Shown here piece after piece: positions 29,537 through 38,749 of a DNA stretch of 64,000 nt. The notes beneath the pieces were generated by a model. It searched no databases. It saw only the letters and a program-made list of their open reading frames with translations, and was not told where the DNA came from. The position numbers were made by a program, and so were the translations under genes. Position 1 is the stretch's first letter; the number at the start of each line of letters is the position of its first letter. Source of the DNA: Pirellulales bacterium (GTDB lineage: Bacteria; Planctomycetota; Planctomycetia; Pirellulales; PALSA-1355); assembly GCA_041750795.1 (NCBI GenBank), contig JBGSYQ010000064.1, positions 5,016 through 69,015 on the forward strand. Reading direction: 5' to 3'.

Positions 29537-29564
29537 TCGAATCAGCGCGCCCCCCTGCTCTGGC

Positions 29565-30746
29565 ATGCAAACTCTCATTTCCAGCGACGACGCCTGGCTG
29601 CTGTGGTCCGTAATCCTGGCCGGCGTGGCGCTGAGCATCTATCTCGAGCAAACCTTCACTTGGGCCGCCAGGCTGAGCGGGCCGGTGTTGGCGCTGCTGA
29701 TGGCGATGGTGCTGGCCAACTTGCGGATTATGCCGCCCGCGTCGCCGGTGTACGACACGGTGCAAGACAGCCTGGTGCCGCTGGCGCTGCCGTTGTTGTT
29801 GTTCCGCGCCAATGTATTTCACATCGTGCGCTCGACCGGCTGGCTGTTCGTGGCGTTCAACCTGGCAGGTGTCGGCACGGTGGCAGGCGCCATCACTGCC
29901 GGCGCGGCATTGCACCGCTCGGTGGAGCACACGCCCGAGGTGGCCGCCATCATGACGGGCAGCTATATCGGCGGCGGCGTAAATTTCTTTGCCGTCAAGC
30001 AATCCTATCAATTGAGCGAGAACGTGACCGGGCCCCTGCTGGTGGCCGACAACTTCATCATGGCCGGGATGTTCGTCACGCTGCTGCTGATCTGCGGCAG
30101 TCGCTGGGCGCGGCGATGGTATCCGCACCCGCACACGGCCGACGCCGTCGACAGCCGCAAGCTGGCGGCCGAGCATTGGCGCGCCAAGGAAATCTCGCTG
30201 TTGGATATCGCCGCCGCAATGGCCATTGCCGTGGCTGTGGTCACACTCGCCCAGTGGTCGTCGTCGTGGCTCGCGCATGCCTTGGGCAACTCTACGGTCG
30301 GGCAGATTGCCGGCAATCGATTCATTCACATCACGGCCTGGTCGACACTGCTGGCCACGACGTGCGGTTCGATCTTGTCGCGCATTCGCGGCGCGGACGA
30401 GATCGGCGCGTATTTGTTGTACGTCTTTCTGTTCGTGATCGGCCTGCCCGCCGACTTGCGACAGGTGATCCTGCACGTGCCCCTGCTGTTCGCGTTCTGC
30501 CTGATCATGGCCCTGGTGAACCTGATCGTGACGTTCGCCGCCGGAAAGCTGCTGCGGCTGAACCTGGAACACGTGGCGCTGGCGGTCAACGCCACGCTGG
30601 GCGGACCGACGTCGGCCGCCGCCATGGCCATTGCCATGGGCTGGTCGAAGCTGGTGCTGCCCGCGCTGCTGGTGGGGATTTGGGGATACTCGATCGGCAC
30701 CGCCGTGGGACTGACCGTGGGCGAGATGCTGCGGGCGTGGCTCTGA
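29565..30746 (+). CDS. DUF819-like polytopic membrane protein
   Basis: 393 aa, about 10-12 hydrophobic segments. The N-terminus ISSDDAWLLWSVILAGVALSIYLEQT resembles the DUF819 family as I remember it. Confidence 0.6.
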   Translation: MQTLISSDDAWLLWSVILAGVALSIYLEQTFTWAARLSGPVLALLMAMVLANLRIMPPASPVYDTVQDSLVPLALPLLLFRANVFHIVRSTGWLFVAFNLAGVGTVAGAITAGAALHRSVEHTPEVAAIMTGSYIGGGVNFFAVKQSYQLSENVTGPLLVADNFIMAGMFVTLLLICGSRWARRWYPHPHTADAVDSRKLAAEHWRAKEISLLDIAAAMAIAVAVVTLAQWSSSWLAHALGNSTVGQIAGNRFIHITAWSTLLATTCGSILSRIRGADEIGAYLLYVFLFVIGLPADLRQVILHVPLLFAFCLIMALVNLIVTFAAGKLLRLNLEHVALAVNATLGGPTSAAAMAIAMGWSKLVLPALLVGIWGYSIGTAVGLTVGEMLRAWL

Positions 30747-30817
30747 CGGCGTGGCTATGACAACGGGCCGAGGGCGACGCTCCGGCGAGAATCCCGCGCG
30801 GCTGCGTTTTCGCAATG

Positions 30818-31510
30818 TCACGACGTGACGTCGACGTCGCGATGCGACAGCCTCAGCTTGAGTCGAGCCGCCCAGCCGATGCCCGTGTCCTTGAGCACCA
30901 GTTGCTCCAGACGGTCCAGCGCGTCCAGCAGCGCCGCGACGGCCTCGCTGCTGACCTTCGTGCCGGTGAGGTCGATTTCTCGCAGATTCTCGCAGCGGTG
31001 CAACTCGCGCAGGCCGACCGCGGTCACGCGCGTATGGACCAGCGCCAGGTGGTGCAGCCCGGCTTGGCGCCGCAGCTTGGGGGCGATCGATAACAACGCC
31101 TCGTCGTCGACCTGTTCTCCAGAGAGTCGCACCGAAGCCAGCCGGTCCATCACCGTGGCAAAGTCGCTGCCGATCGTCTGGCCGAGCCACTCGACGCTTT
31201 CGACCTCGGTCGCGCCGCCGAGCGCCTTGATTTCGTCGACCAGCGCCTGCTGCTCGGCATACTGCTCGACCCAACCACTGAGCCATTGCATGCGGCCGGC
31301 CTTGAAGCGAGCGTACTCGGTGGCCTGCTCGAACGCCTCGTGCAGGCGAACAAATGCCTGTCGATCGCCGCCACGATCGGGATGGGCCGTCTTCGCCTTC
31401 TCGAGATAGGCCTGCTTCACGTCCTCGACCGAGACGGGCGGCTTGAGCCCCAGCACGGCCAGGATCTCCAGCGTGCGCTCGTCGCGTGGTGATGGTGGTT
31501 CGGTTGCCAT
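30818..31510 (-). CDS. J-domain (DnaJ-like) protein with C-terminal leucine-rich-repeat-like region
   Basis: LEILAVLGLKPPVSVEDVKQAYLEKAKTAHPDRGGD carries the HPD motif. The C-terminus has LRR-like LRELHRCENLREIDLTGTKVS..LDRLEQLVLKDTGI. Confidence 0.7.
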   Translation of the reverse strand: MATEPPSPRDERTLEILAVLGLKPPVSVEDVKQAYLEKAKTAHPDRGGDRQAFVRLHEAFEQATEYARFKAGRMQWLSGWVEQYAEQQALVDEIKALGGATEVESVEWLGQTIGSDFATVMDRLASVRLSGEQVDDEALLSIAPKLRRQAGLHHLALVHTRVTAVGLRELHRCENLREIDLTGTKVSSEAVAALLDALDRLEQLVLKDTGIGWAARLKLRLSHRDVDVTS

Positions 31511-31566
31511 AAATCACTCTTGCCCTGTTCTCTTGATCCGTTGTGAGTCCGACGTTGCGCGAACGT

Positions 31567-31610
31567 TTACTTCGCGGTCCCGAGCAACCGCGGGATGTAT
31601 GACCGATAGC
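31567..31610. repeat. 44-bp duplicate of the 3' end (last 14 codons + stop) of the sulfatase gene at 31746-31789
   Basis: ttacttcgcggtcccgagcaaCcgcgggatgtatgaccgatagc versus 31746-31789 ttacttcgcggtcccgagcaaAcgcgggatgtatgaccgatagc. There is 1 mismatch and the copies start 179 bp apart. Confidence 0.85.
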
Positions 31611-31618
31611 ACAGGTGC

Positions 31619-31642
31619 CACTGGTGGCGGCAGCCACCAGTG
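31619..31642. repeat. Hairpin CACTGGTGGC-GGCA-GCCACCAGTG (copy a)
   Basis: Perfect 10-bp stem with a 4-nt loop, read directly from the sequence. Confidence 0.85.
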
Positions 31643-31680
31643 TCGTCGGGCTCCGTTGATCGCAAGACTTGTTGTTGAAT

Positions 31681-31745
31681 TGCACTGGTGGCGTGCGCCA
31701 CCAGTGGCACACGAACAAACACCGAAGTTACTCGTGAGTCGTTCC
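31681..31745. repeat. 65-nt repeat containing hairpin CACTGGTGGC-GTGC-GCCACCAGTG (copy b); inverted partner of 37840-37905
   Basis: In my hand alignment to the reverse complement of 37840-37905, 58 of 65 positions are identical, plus one 1-nt indel. It ends immediately before the sulfatase stop codon at 31746. Confidence 0.8.
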
Positions 31746-33620
31746 TTACTTCGCGGTCCCGAGCAAACGCGGGATGTATGACCGATAGCGATCGTGCGGC
31801 GCCGGCCCTTGGTCGGGAAACTGGCGAATCGCCGCGCGCGCCGCCGCAGCGTCTTCACCGCACGCATCGACGGCATTGAGCGCAGAAAGCGTCACGAAGA
31901 TGTCGTTCTTCGACCAATTGCAAAGTGGGGTCAACACTTCAAGTGCCTCGTTGCGATGCTCGCCGCTGCCATACCGGCACAACGCCTCGGCCGTGGAAAT
32001 ACGCACATAAGGCGACCCGTCGTCCAGCGCATCCATCAGTGCCGATTGGGCCGCGGTCACGCCGCGCGCTCCGCGGATGCCGAGTCCCGTCGCGGCCCAG
32101 TAGCGCACTGCGCTGTCGGTGTCTTGCAACAACTCGATGAGTTTCGGCGTCGCCCCTTCATCCCTTCCGGCTGCCAACTCCGCCGCGGCCAGCACGCGCT
32201 CCAATGGATACCCTGCGTCGTCGTGGCCCATGTCGTACGGTGTGGAACCCTCGGCACGCGCGTGCATCTCGCCCTCGGGCAGGAATCCCACGTCGCGAAT
32301 CGTCAACGCGTGCTGCCGCTGCACGTGGCGCAGCCGCGCCAACGTTTCGGCGTGCTCGGGCGCAGCAACAAGATTGGTGACCTCGTCGGGATCGTTGGCC
32401 AGATCATACAGCTCTTCCGGCGGCTTGGTGTTCCAAAAGGCATCCTGAACCGCGTTGAGCTGGCGCGCTTCGTGCAACTTGTGCCACACCTGCGTCGTGG
32501 GAGTCTGGAACATGTAGTTGAGGTACTGGCCGTAAATGCGATGTGGCATGTAGTTGCGAACATAGACGTAGCGTCCGTCGGTGACGCTGCGCACCAGGTC
32601 GATTCGCTCGTCCATGCGGCCGCGAAAGCCGTGCGCAAATGGCTGCGGCGGCGCGGCATACTTGCCCAGAAACGCATGACCTTGCAGCCACTCCGGCGGC
32701 TCGATGCCCGCCAGGCTCAACACCGTGGGCGCAAAATCGACGAAGCTCACCAGTCGATCGCTCTTGCCACCGGGTACATAGTCGGCCGGGCGCAGCGCGC
32801 GAAACTTCTCTGGAATGTATACCACCAGCGGCACGCGCAGCCCCGAGTCGTACGGCCAGCGCTTGCTGCGCGGCATGCCCGAGCCATGATCGGCAAAGTA
32901 AAACACGATGGTGTCGTCGGCCAGCCCGTCGGCGGAAAGCCGGTCGAGAACGCGGCCGGCGTCGGCGTCGGCGGCAGTGATGCTGTCGTAGTATTGCGCC
33001 CAATCCTGCCGCACCTCCGGCGTGTCGGGATGATAGGCCGGCACGCGCACCCCGGCCGGATCGTGTACCGGCTGGTGCGGACGCTTGCGAATCTGGCTCT
33101 CGTGGCTCTTGTTCGAGTTGAACACGGCAAAGAACGGCCGTCCGGCTGCGCGGTCATTCCAGCCAGCGCTTCGACTGGAAACGTCCCACAACGGGCCCGG
33201 CTCGGCCAGGTTGTAGTCCTCCTTCGCATTGTTCGTGCAGGTGTAGCCGGCCGCCCGGAGCAACTGCGGAAACATTTGCTTGCCGGCCGGATACGCCACC
33301 ATGCTGCGCATATGCTCGCCGCCGGTGGACGGGCCGTACAGTCCGGAGATCAGCGTGGTCCGCGCCGGCGCACACACCGGCGCGTTCGACCAGCAGTGCA
33401 TGTACATCATGCCCCGCGCGGCCAGACGATCGACGTTCGGCGTCGTGGCGTACGCGTCGCCATAACAGCCCATATGCGGCCCGTGGTCTTCACTAGTCAG
33501 CCAGAGAATATTCGGCCGCGTGTCGACTGCCCATGCGCCGGACGTGCCGGCGCCCATCAACGCCATCCAGCAAATTGCCCAGGTGGTAATCCACCGCAAC
33601 GATGCCACGCGACGTATCAT
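31746..33620 (-). CDS. Sulfatase with C-terminal HEAT-like repeats
   Basis: 624 aa with a signal peptide. Contains PNILWLTSEDHG, the C-x-P-x-R motif (CAPARTTLISG), and a C-terminus with DSAVRYWAATGLG / SPYVRISTAEAL repeats. Its ATG overlaps the upstream PhoD-like stop (ATGA). Confidence 0.9.
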   Translation of the reverse strand: MIRRVASLRWITTWAICWMALMGAGTSGAWAVDTRPNILWLTSEDHGPHMGCYGDAYATTPNVDRLAARGMMYMHCWSNAPVCAPARTTLISGLYGPSTGGEHMRSMVAYPAGKQMFPQLLRAAGYTCTNNAKEDYNLAEPGPLWDVSSRSAGWNDRAAGRPFFAVFNSNKSHESQIRKRPHQPVHDPAGVRVPAYHPDTPEVRQDWAQYYDSITAADADAGRVLDRLSADGLADDTIVFYFADHGSGMPRSKRWPYDSGLRVPLVVYIPEKFRALRPADYVPGGKSDRLVSFVDFAPTVLSLAGIEPPEWLQGHAFLGKYAAPPQPFAHGFRGRMDERIDLVRSVTDGRYVYVRNYMPHRIYGQYLNYMFQTPTTQVWHKLHEARQLNAVQDAFWNTKPPEELYDLANDPDEVTNLVAAPEHAETLARLRHVQRQHALTIRDVGFLPEGEMHARAEGSTPYDMGHDDAGYPLERVLAAAELAAGRDEGATPKLIELLQDTDSAVRYWAATGLGIRGARGVTAAQSALMDALDDGSPYVRISTAEALCRYGSGEHRNEALEVLTPLCNWSKNDIFVTLSALNAVDACGEDAAAARAAIRQFPDQGPAPHDRYRSYIPRLLGTAK

Positions 33621-36178
33621 AGCGCAACTTCCACTTGTTTGTCGTTGTTCTCACGTGCCGCAACGTGCTGCAACCGCGCCGCTCGCTGGGAATCGGGATC
33701 CATCACTTCAATCGTATACTCGCCGAGGCCGAACACCCACGGCTGAAATGCGTTCTCGCGAATGCGCAGATTGTAAACCATTTCGCCGGTGGCCTCGTCG
33801 ATGACGCGAACCACCGGTTGATCGACGCCCGAGATCGCCAGCGTGGGCAATAGCGCCACCGAGCGGCGACCGTAGTTGTCCGGTCCCTCGACGACAAGCG
33901 GCCAGCCCGCGAACTGCGATTGCGGATCGCTCACGTCGGCCAGCAGCGGCCAGCAGTCGATAGCGATCGAGCGGCCCGATTTGTCGAACCGCACCACCCC
34001 GATGCCCGAAGCGCGATCCAAGGCATTTTCCAGCGGCGTGTTGCGAAACGTGGTCGCCGGATTCGCCACCGCCAGCACCGTCAGCGGATGGTCGAAGTGG
34101 TCGTGAAAGTCGCCCGTGTTGTCCGGAGACCCCGGCGAGCGCCGCTCGCCCGGCGTATCGGGTTCGAACCAGCGTGGATAAACGCAGTTGATGGCCGGAC
34201 CCGCAAACGCCACGCCCGCGTCCCGATGTTCGTCGATGCCGTAGTGAACCACCGCCGGCAGGTGCTGGTCGCCGGCAAGGTGAAAGGCGAACGCCTTGCG
34301 CATTTCGCGCAAAGCGGCGTTGCGCGCCGATTGCGGCCAGCCGTTGGCGTCGTAGTCGGCGCGCAGCCGCTGGCGCTCGGCGCCGTGGGCGGTGGCCATG
34401 GCCGTGAAAATCGTCTGCGAGATGACGGCCTTCATCTCGGCGCCGCGCCAATCGCTCGCCCACTGCCGGAGAAACTCGAGCTGACGCGGGCCCAACAGCT
34501 CCAGCCCCGGCAGATCGGCGGTTTTCGGATCGAAGTTGGGATCGACGACATGATCGCCCCGATCGCCGGTCGGAGGCACTTTGCCCTGCGGGCCGCTCTT
34601 GAATTGTCGATCGGCGAGGATCGCGAAGCTCATGCGCCCATAGGTCAACGCGCCGTAGTACACACTGATGCCGCGCTCGACGGGGGTCGAGTCAAAAGGA
34701 TCCGGATGGTGCGCTGTCTGCGTACGGTGTACCACGTTGACCCACTCGGGCGGCATGTCGTAGCCACCCATCTCCTGCGTGCCGTGCCGCGCGGCCCCGC
34801 CCTCGCCCCACACGTTGCCCTGATAGACGTCGTGATCGTCGGGGATGGAAACGCTCGGTCGATCGCGCATCAAGTCGCGCCAGGTCCAGCCGTGCAGGTA
34901 CCACTTACGAAGCACGTCCAGGATGGCCATGTCGAGCGGTGCGCGCTGGACGCCGTAGCCGCCGCTCCCCTCGTAAAACTGGTCCCCGGTGAAGGCCAGC
35001 AGATCCGGATCGAGTTGCGTCATGCTGTCGACGCACCACGTGTTGGGAAATGCCGAGTGCCAGTTACAGGAGATATCGGCCACCGTCAGCACGTCGCGAT
35101 CGACCGGATCGCGCCGCACCGTCCCGTGCCAATAGTGTTCGGTCGCAGTGCCGCCGCTCGATCTGAGAGAGTATGCCAGCCGATAGGGCACGTCATGGGT
35201 GTCGTTCCAACGGGCGACGCGAAACGTGGCCGTGCGCGCCTCGGGATGGATCGATTCACGTCCCACTTCCACCCAACCGCCATCACGCTGAACTTCCAGC
35301 CCGACGGTTTGCTCGTCGTCGCTTCCCAGCGGGGGCATCTGCGCGGTCATTTTGAGCGTGCCGCCCGAGAGCGTGTACTGGCTGAACAAAATCGGCCCGA
35401 ACGCGCGATCATCGTGCCGCGCGACTTTGCTCCCGGCCACGCGCCAATCGGCAAACCAGAAACGTCCGGTGCCGCCGCCAGCGCCGTTGGCTTGCTTGCC
35501 GCGGGGGCGTTGTGCCGGGCCGAAATTGGCCACCAACGCCAGGTTGCCGACGACCCGTTCCGGCGGCAGGTTTTCTCGAACCGCCTCGCCCAGTACGGCG
35601 CCCGTTGCTGCATCGTGCCCGGTGAGCACCACTGCATAACCGCTGCCGCGCGGCTCGGCGGCCACGCGCAGCTCGACTTCGCTGCCAGAGATGTTGGGGC
35701 CGGCGGCATCGGAAATCGCGCCAACGAACAATTGCCCCTTGGCCGTGATGCCCGCGTCGAGCCCGCTGCCAAAGAGCAGGCTGTTGCGATAATCTCCCAG
35801 TGGCCCGCGCACGCCGATGCGAAAGCCGGCCGAGCCAGCGCCGCCGCCCAATTCCCCGTCGTCCAGTCGCCCCAATCGAACGGACATCCGCAGGTCGCCA
35901 GGCTGCTCGCTCAACTCGCGCGCAAGCAAGTGAACGTTGCGGTCCGCCGCGGCCTTGATGCATTCCAGCCGGCCGGCCGCGATGCGCCAATCCTGCAGCG
36001 GATTGGCCCAGAATTCCGGCCCCAGCCAAACGCGATCGGGCGTCGACCGCCAGCGACAGGCAAACGTGTTGTCCGGCGCTTCATCGCCGCGTGCCGCCAG
36101 TTGCGACGCGACGGCCAGACCGGTGGTCACCGTGGCGCTGGATCGCACGAATTGGCGACGAGTAAAGCGATGGGGCAT
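33617..36178 (-). CDS. PhoD-like / metallophosphatase-type phosphoesterase with TAT signal
   Basis: Start set at MPHRFTRRQFVRSSATV (twin-arginine). Metallophosphatase-type motifs are FTGDQFYE, IPDDHDVYQGNVWG and LAGDQHLPAVVHYG. The track ORF extends to 36397. Confidence 0.75.
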   Translation of the reverse strand: MPHRFTRRQFVRSSATVTTGLAVASQLAARGDEAPDNTFACRWRSTPDRVWLGPEFWANPLQDWRIAAGRLECIKAAADRNVHLLARELSEQPGDLRMSVRLGRLDDGELGGGAGSAGFRIGVRGPLGDYRNSLLFGSGLDAGITAKGQLFVGAISDAAGPNISGSEVELRVAAEPRGSGYAVVLTGHDAATGAVLGEAVRENLPPERVVGNLALVANFGPAQRPRGKQANGAGGGTGRFWFADWRVAGSKVARHDDRAFGPILFSQYTLSGGTLKMTAQMPPLGSDDEQTVGLEVQRDGGWVEVGRESIHPEARTATFRVARWNDTHDVPYRLAYSLRSSGGTATEHYWHGTVRRDPVDRDVLTVADISCNWHSAFPNTWCVDSMTQLDPDLLAFTGDQFYEGSGGYGVQRAPLDMAILDVLRKWYLHGWTWRDLMRDRPSVSIPDDHDVYQGNVWGEGGAARHGTQEMGGYDMPPEWVNVVHRTQTAHHPDPFDSTPVERGISVYYGALTYGRMSFAILADRQFKSGPQGKVPPTGDRGDHVVDPNFDPKTADLPGLELLGPRQLEFLRQWASDWRGAEMKAVISQTIFTAMATAHGAERQRLRADYDANGWPQSARNAALREMRKAFAFHLAGDQHLPAVVHYGIDEHRDAGVAFAGPAINCVYPRWFEPDTPGERRSPGSPDNTGDFHDHFDHPLTVLAVANPATTFRNTPLENALDRASGIGVVRFDKSGRSIAIDCWPLLADVSDPQSQFAGWPLVVEGPDNYGRRSVALLPTLAISGVDQPVVRVIDEATGEMVYNLRIRENAFQPWVFGLGEYTIEVMDPDSQRAARLQHVAARENNDKQVEVAL

Positions 36179-36192
36179 GAGTGCGTCGCCGC

Positions 36193-37791
36193 CTACGTTG
36201 ATTTCTTGCCGGCTTTGACCCGCGCCGGATCGCGCCGCCGGCCCGATGCTTCCGGTGGATCCTGCTCGGGCACGCGCAGCTCGGCGCGCAATTGCGCAAG
36301 CTGCGATTCCAGCTCCTTGCGCACGCCGGCATAGTCTGCCGCGTCGTAAAAGCTGGTCAGCTCGTGCGGATCTTGCTGGCGGTCGAATAATTCCCAATAG
36401 TCCGTATCCGGCCCATAGAAGCGCACCAGCTTATAGCGATCGGTAACGACCCCGTAATGCGGACGCACGTGATGCGGCGCGGGATACTCGTAATAGTGAT
36501 AATAGAACGCCGTACGCCAGTCGCTGGGAGTCTTCCCTTGCAACAACGGCACGAGACTCGCGCCTTGCATTTCCGCGGGAATGGGCAGCCCGGCGGCGTC
36601 CAGAAACGTCTCGGCGAAATCCAGGTTCGACACCAGGTCGCTGTTCACGCTGCCTGGCTTGGTGACGCCGGGCCAGCGCACCAGCAACGGCGTGCGCAGC
36701 GATTCCTCGAAAATCCACCGCTTGTCGAACCAGCCGTGCTCGCCAAGATAGAATCCCTGATCGGACGCGTACACGACGATCGTATTGTTGGCCAGCCCCT
36801 CGTCCTCCAGGAATTGGAGCAACCGCCCGACTCCCTCGTCGACGGCCTTGATGCATCCCAGGTAGTCGTGCATGTAGCGCTGGTAACGCCAGCGAACCAG
36901 GTCCTTGCCCGACAAGTTGGCCTGCAGAAACGCCTCGTTGCGCGGTGCGTAGTAGGCGTCCCAGGCTTGCCGCTGCGCGTCGGTGAGTTGCCCGGGCGTG
37001 ACGAGCTTCATGTCGCGCGGCGTCATCGTCTTCTCGATGGTCATATCCTGGTCGCGCTCGGCCAGGCCGCGGCCCGCATAGTCGTCGAACAACGTCGCCG
37101 GCTCGGGATAATCGCGATCGCCGTTGTGTCCCAGGTGGCGCAGGGCCGGCTCCCACTCGCGGTGCGGCGCCTTGTGCTGGCACATGACCATGAACGGCTT
37201 GGAAGCGTCTCGACTCTTGAGCCACTCAAGTGTGAAGTCGGTGATCAGGTCGGTGGTGTAGCCTTCGTGTTTTGTCTTCTCGCCGTTGCGAATCATCGGC
37301 GGATTGTAGTAGACGCCCTGCCCCGGCAAGATGTGCCAATGATCGAAGCCGGTGGGATCGGTCACCAGGTGCCACTTGCCGATCAACGCCGTTTGATAGC
37401 CGGCCCCCTGCAGCAGCTTGGGATAGGTGGTCTGCGAGCCGTCGAAGCGGCTGTTCGAGTTGTTGTAAAAGCCGTTCAGGTGCGAGTATTTGCCGGTCAG
37501 AACCGTGGCGCGGCTTGGTCCGCAGATCGAGTTGGGCACCAGGCAGCGATCGAAGCGCATGCCCTCGTTGGCCAGCCGGTCGATGTGCGGGGTGTCGAGC
37601 AGCTTGCGCGATTCGTTATATGCGCTGACGGCCTGCCAGGCATGATCGTCGGAAAAGATGAACAGGATATTAGGCCGCCTGGGCTCGGCGGCGTGGGCAG
37701 CCAGCGCGGCGACAACACTCAACGCGAACAACGATAAAACAATCGGCGTGGTACGACCGATCCATCGCCGCATGATCGATGGCGTGCTCAT
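36193..37791 (-). CDS. Sulfatase
   Basis: Start set at [10 protein letters not shown] (37791). Contains [14 protein letters not shown]-x-P-x-R ([11 protein letters not shown]) and GKWHL. The stop is 14 nt upstream of the PhoD-like start. Confidence 0.9.
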   Translation of the reverse strand: MSTPSIMRRWIGRTTPIVLSLFALSVVAALAAHAAEPRRPNILFIFSDDHAWQAVSAYNESRKLLDTPHIDRLANEGMRFDRCLVPNSICGPSRATVLTGKYSHLNGFYNNSNSRFDGSQTTYPKLLQGAGYQTALIGKWHLVTDPTGFDHWHILPGQGVYYNPPMIRNGEKTKHEGYTTDLITDFTLEWLKSRDASKPFMVMCQHKAPHREWEPALRHLGHNGDRDYPEPATLFDDYAGRGLAERDQDMTIEKTMTPRDMKLVTPGQLTDAQRQAWDAYYAPRNEAFLQANLSGKDLVRWRYQRYMHDYLGCIKAVDEGVGRLLQFLEDEGLANNTIVVYASDQGFYLGEHGWFDKRWIFEESLRTPLLVRWPGVTKPGSVNSDLVSNLDFAETFLDAAGLPIPAEMQGASLVPLLQGKTPSDWRTAFYYHYYEYPAPHHVRPHYGVVTDRYKLVRFYGPDTDYWELFDRQQDPHELTSFYDAADYAGVRKELESQLAQLRAELRVPEQDPPEASGRRRDPARVKAGKKST

Positions 37792-37839
37792 GACATCTCC
37801 CGTGACAAAGCCCCGTGTTCGGCCAGCCCGCCGCACTAG

Positions 37840-37905
37840 GGAACGACTCACAAATAACTTTGGTGCTTGGTCATGTGCCACTGGTGGCACACGCCACCAG
37901 TGACA
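37840..37905. repeat. Repeat with hairpin CACTGGTGGC-ACAC-GCCACCAGTG (copy c); inverted partner of 31681-31745
   Basis: See 31681-31745. It lies 49 nt upstream of the sulfatase ATG at 37791. Confidence 0.8.
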
Positions 37906-38005
37906 CGTGCGAGCGTTTGCGGAAGTTATTCTTGAGTCATTCCTAGGAGGGCATTCTAACGGCCCGCGACGGCGCCTGTCGACCGTGGCGATTCCGGGTA
38001 TTGGT

Positions 38006-38582
38006 TCACTTTGAACCATGATTTTTCAATACTGCCGGCAGGTAGTCGGTCAGCCGCCCCTTTAGCTTGGATTCTTCGGCCTCGATCATTTTAACCAAGT
38101 CCAGCACCGTCAGGGGAGAGAGAGTTGGTCAGACCAGCGGCCACGGCCGGGGTGGTCTTTAGGGTCATGTGCTTGCGGATGAAGTCGTAGCGGAAGCAAT
38201 GCAGGGCGAGCGCGTGAACGTGGTTGTCGACCTTCTAGGAAAACGCATTAGTTGGCCGTGTCATCGGGCGCACCGACATTCGCACGGTCAGATTCTGCCG
38301 CTCGATAATGCTGGAGCTGAAGTTCCTCGCGTCCGGGTTGCCCGACTTGGTTTCCTTCTTGCAGCCCTTGCACTCGTCAGGGCTGTAGCGGCGCTGCTCT
38401 TCAACGCCCGGTTTGCCGAAGATTTTCACAAGCATGGCGTAATCGACGTTGGCGTGGAAAGCCTTGTCGACCGCATCGGCGTAGACCGAATGGCTATCGG
38501 TCGTTAGCTGAATGCGGCTTTCCAGGCAGGATTCAACGTTGCGTACGAACACTTCGGCGCGTCTGGATGTCAAAGTGAACAC
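38006..38582 (-). pseudogene. IS1595-family (ISXO2-like DDE) transposase, C-terminal fragment with in-frame stop
   Basis: ..DYAMLVKIFG..RRYSPDECKGCKKETKSGNPD..SSSIIERQNLTVRMSVRPMTRPTNAFS*KVDNHVHALALHCFRYDFIRKHMTLKTTPAVAAG.. The TAG at 38235-38237 interrupts the conserved TNAFSKK motif. The whole N-terminal half of the transposase is missing. Confidence 0.75.
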
Positions 38583-38588
38583 TCGCGC

Positions 38589-38597
38589 TGCTATAAT
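38589..38597 (+). promoter_or_regulatory. Extended -10 box TGCTATAAT, 6 nt upstream of ATG 38604
   Basis: Same TG-n-TAnAAT-N6-ATGAGC geometry as the four copies at 60950, 61239, 61850 and 63226. Confidence 0.5.
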
Positions 38598-38603
38598 GGG
38601 ACC

Positions 38604-38747
38604 ATGAGCAAAGAGAAGCGAGGTTGGTGGGAATACCTTGTCGTGGTAGGCGTCGCTCTCAGTGTGCTGTACATATTGGCGCGCCTTCTAATTCCAGACA
38701 AATGGATAGCTACCGACGTATTCCTGGGACCAACACTCTTTCCCTGA
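38604..38747 (+). CDS. Small hydrophobic protein (47 aa), candidate leaderless gene
   Basis: Not in the ORF track (<60 aa). My translation is MSKEKRGWWEYLVVVGVALSVLYILARLLIPDKWIATDVFLGPTLFP, with one TM segment and an N-terminus (MS.EK.) like 60965 and 61254. Confidence 0.4.
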   Translation: MSKEKRGWWEYLVVVGVALSVLYILARLLIPDKWIATDVFLGPTLFP

Positions 38748-38749
38748 TT

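Noticed and set aside
37792-38019. N-terminal extension of the sulfatase ORF, and similar ORFs containing 'HWWR.PPVAH'.
   Set aside because: These recurrent peptides are translations of the CACTGGTGGC-N4-GCCACCAGTG palindrome. The sulfatase has a proper signal peptide starting at the internal ATG 37791.
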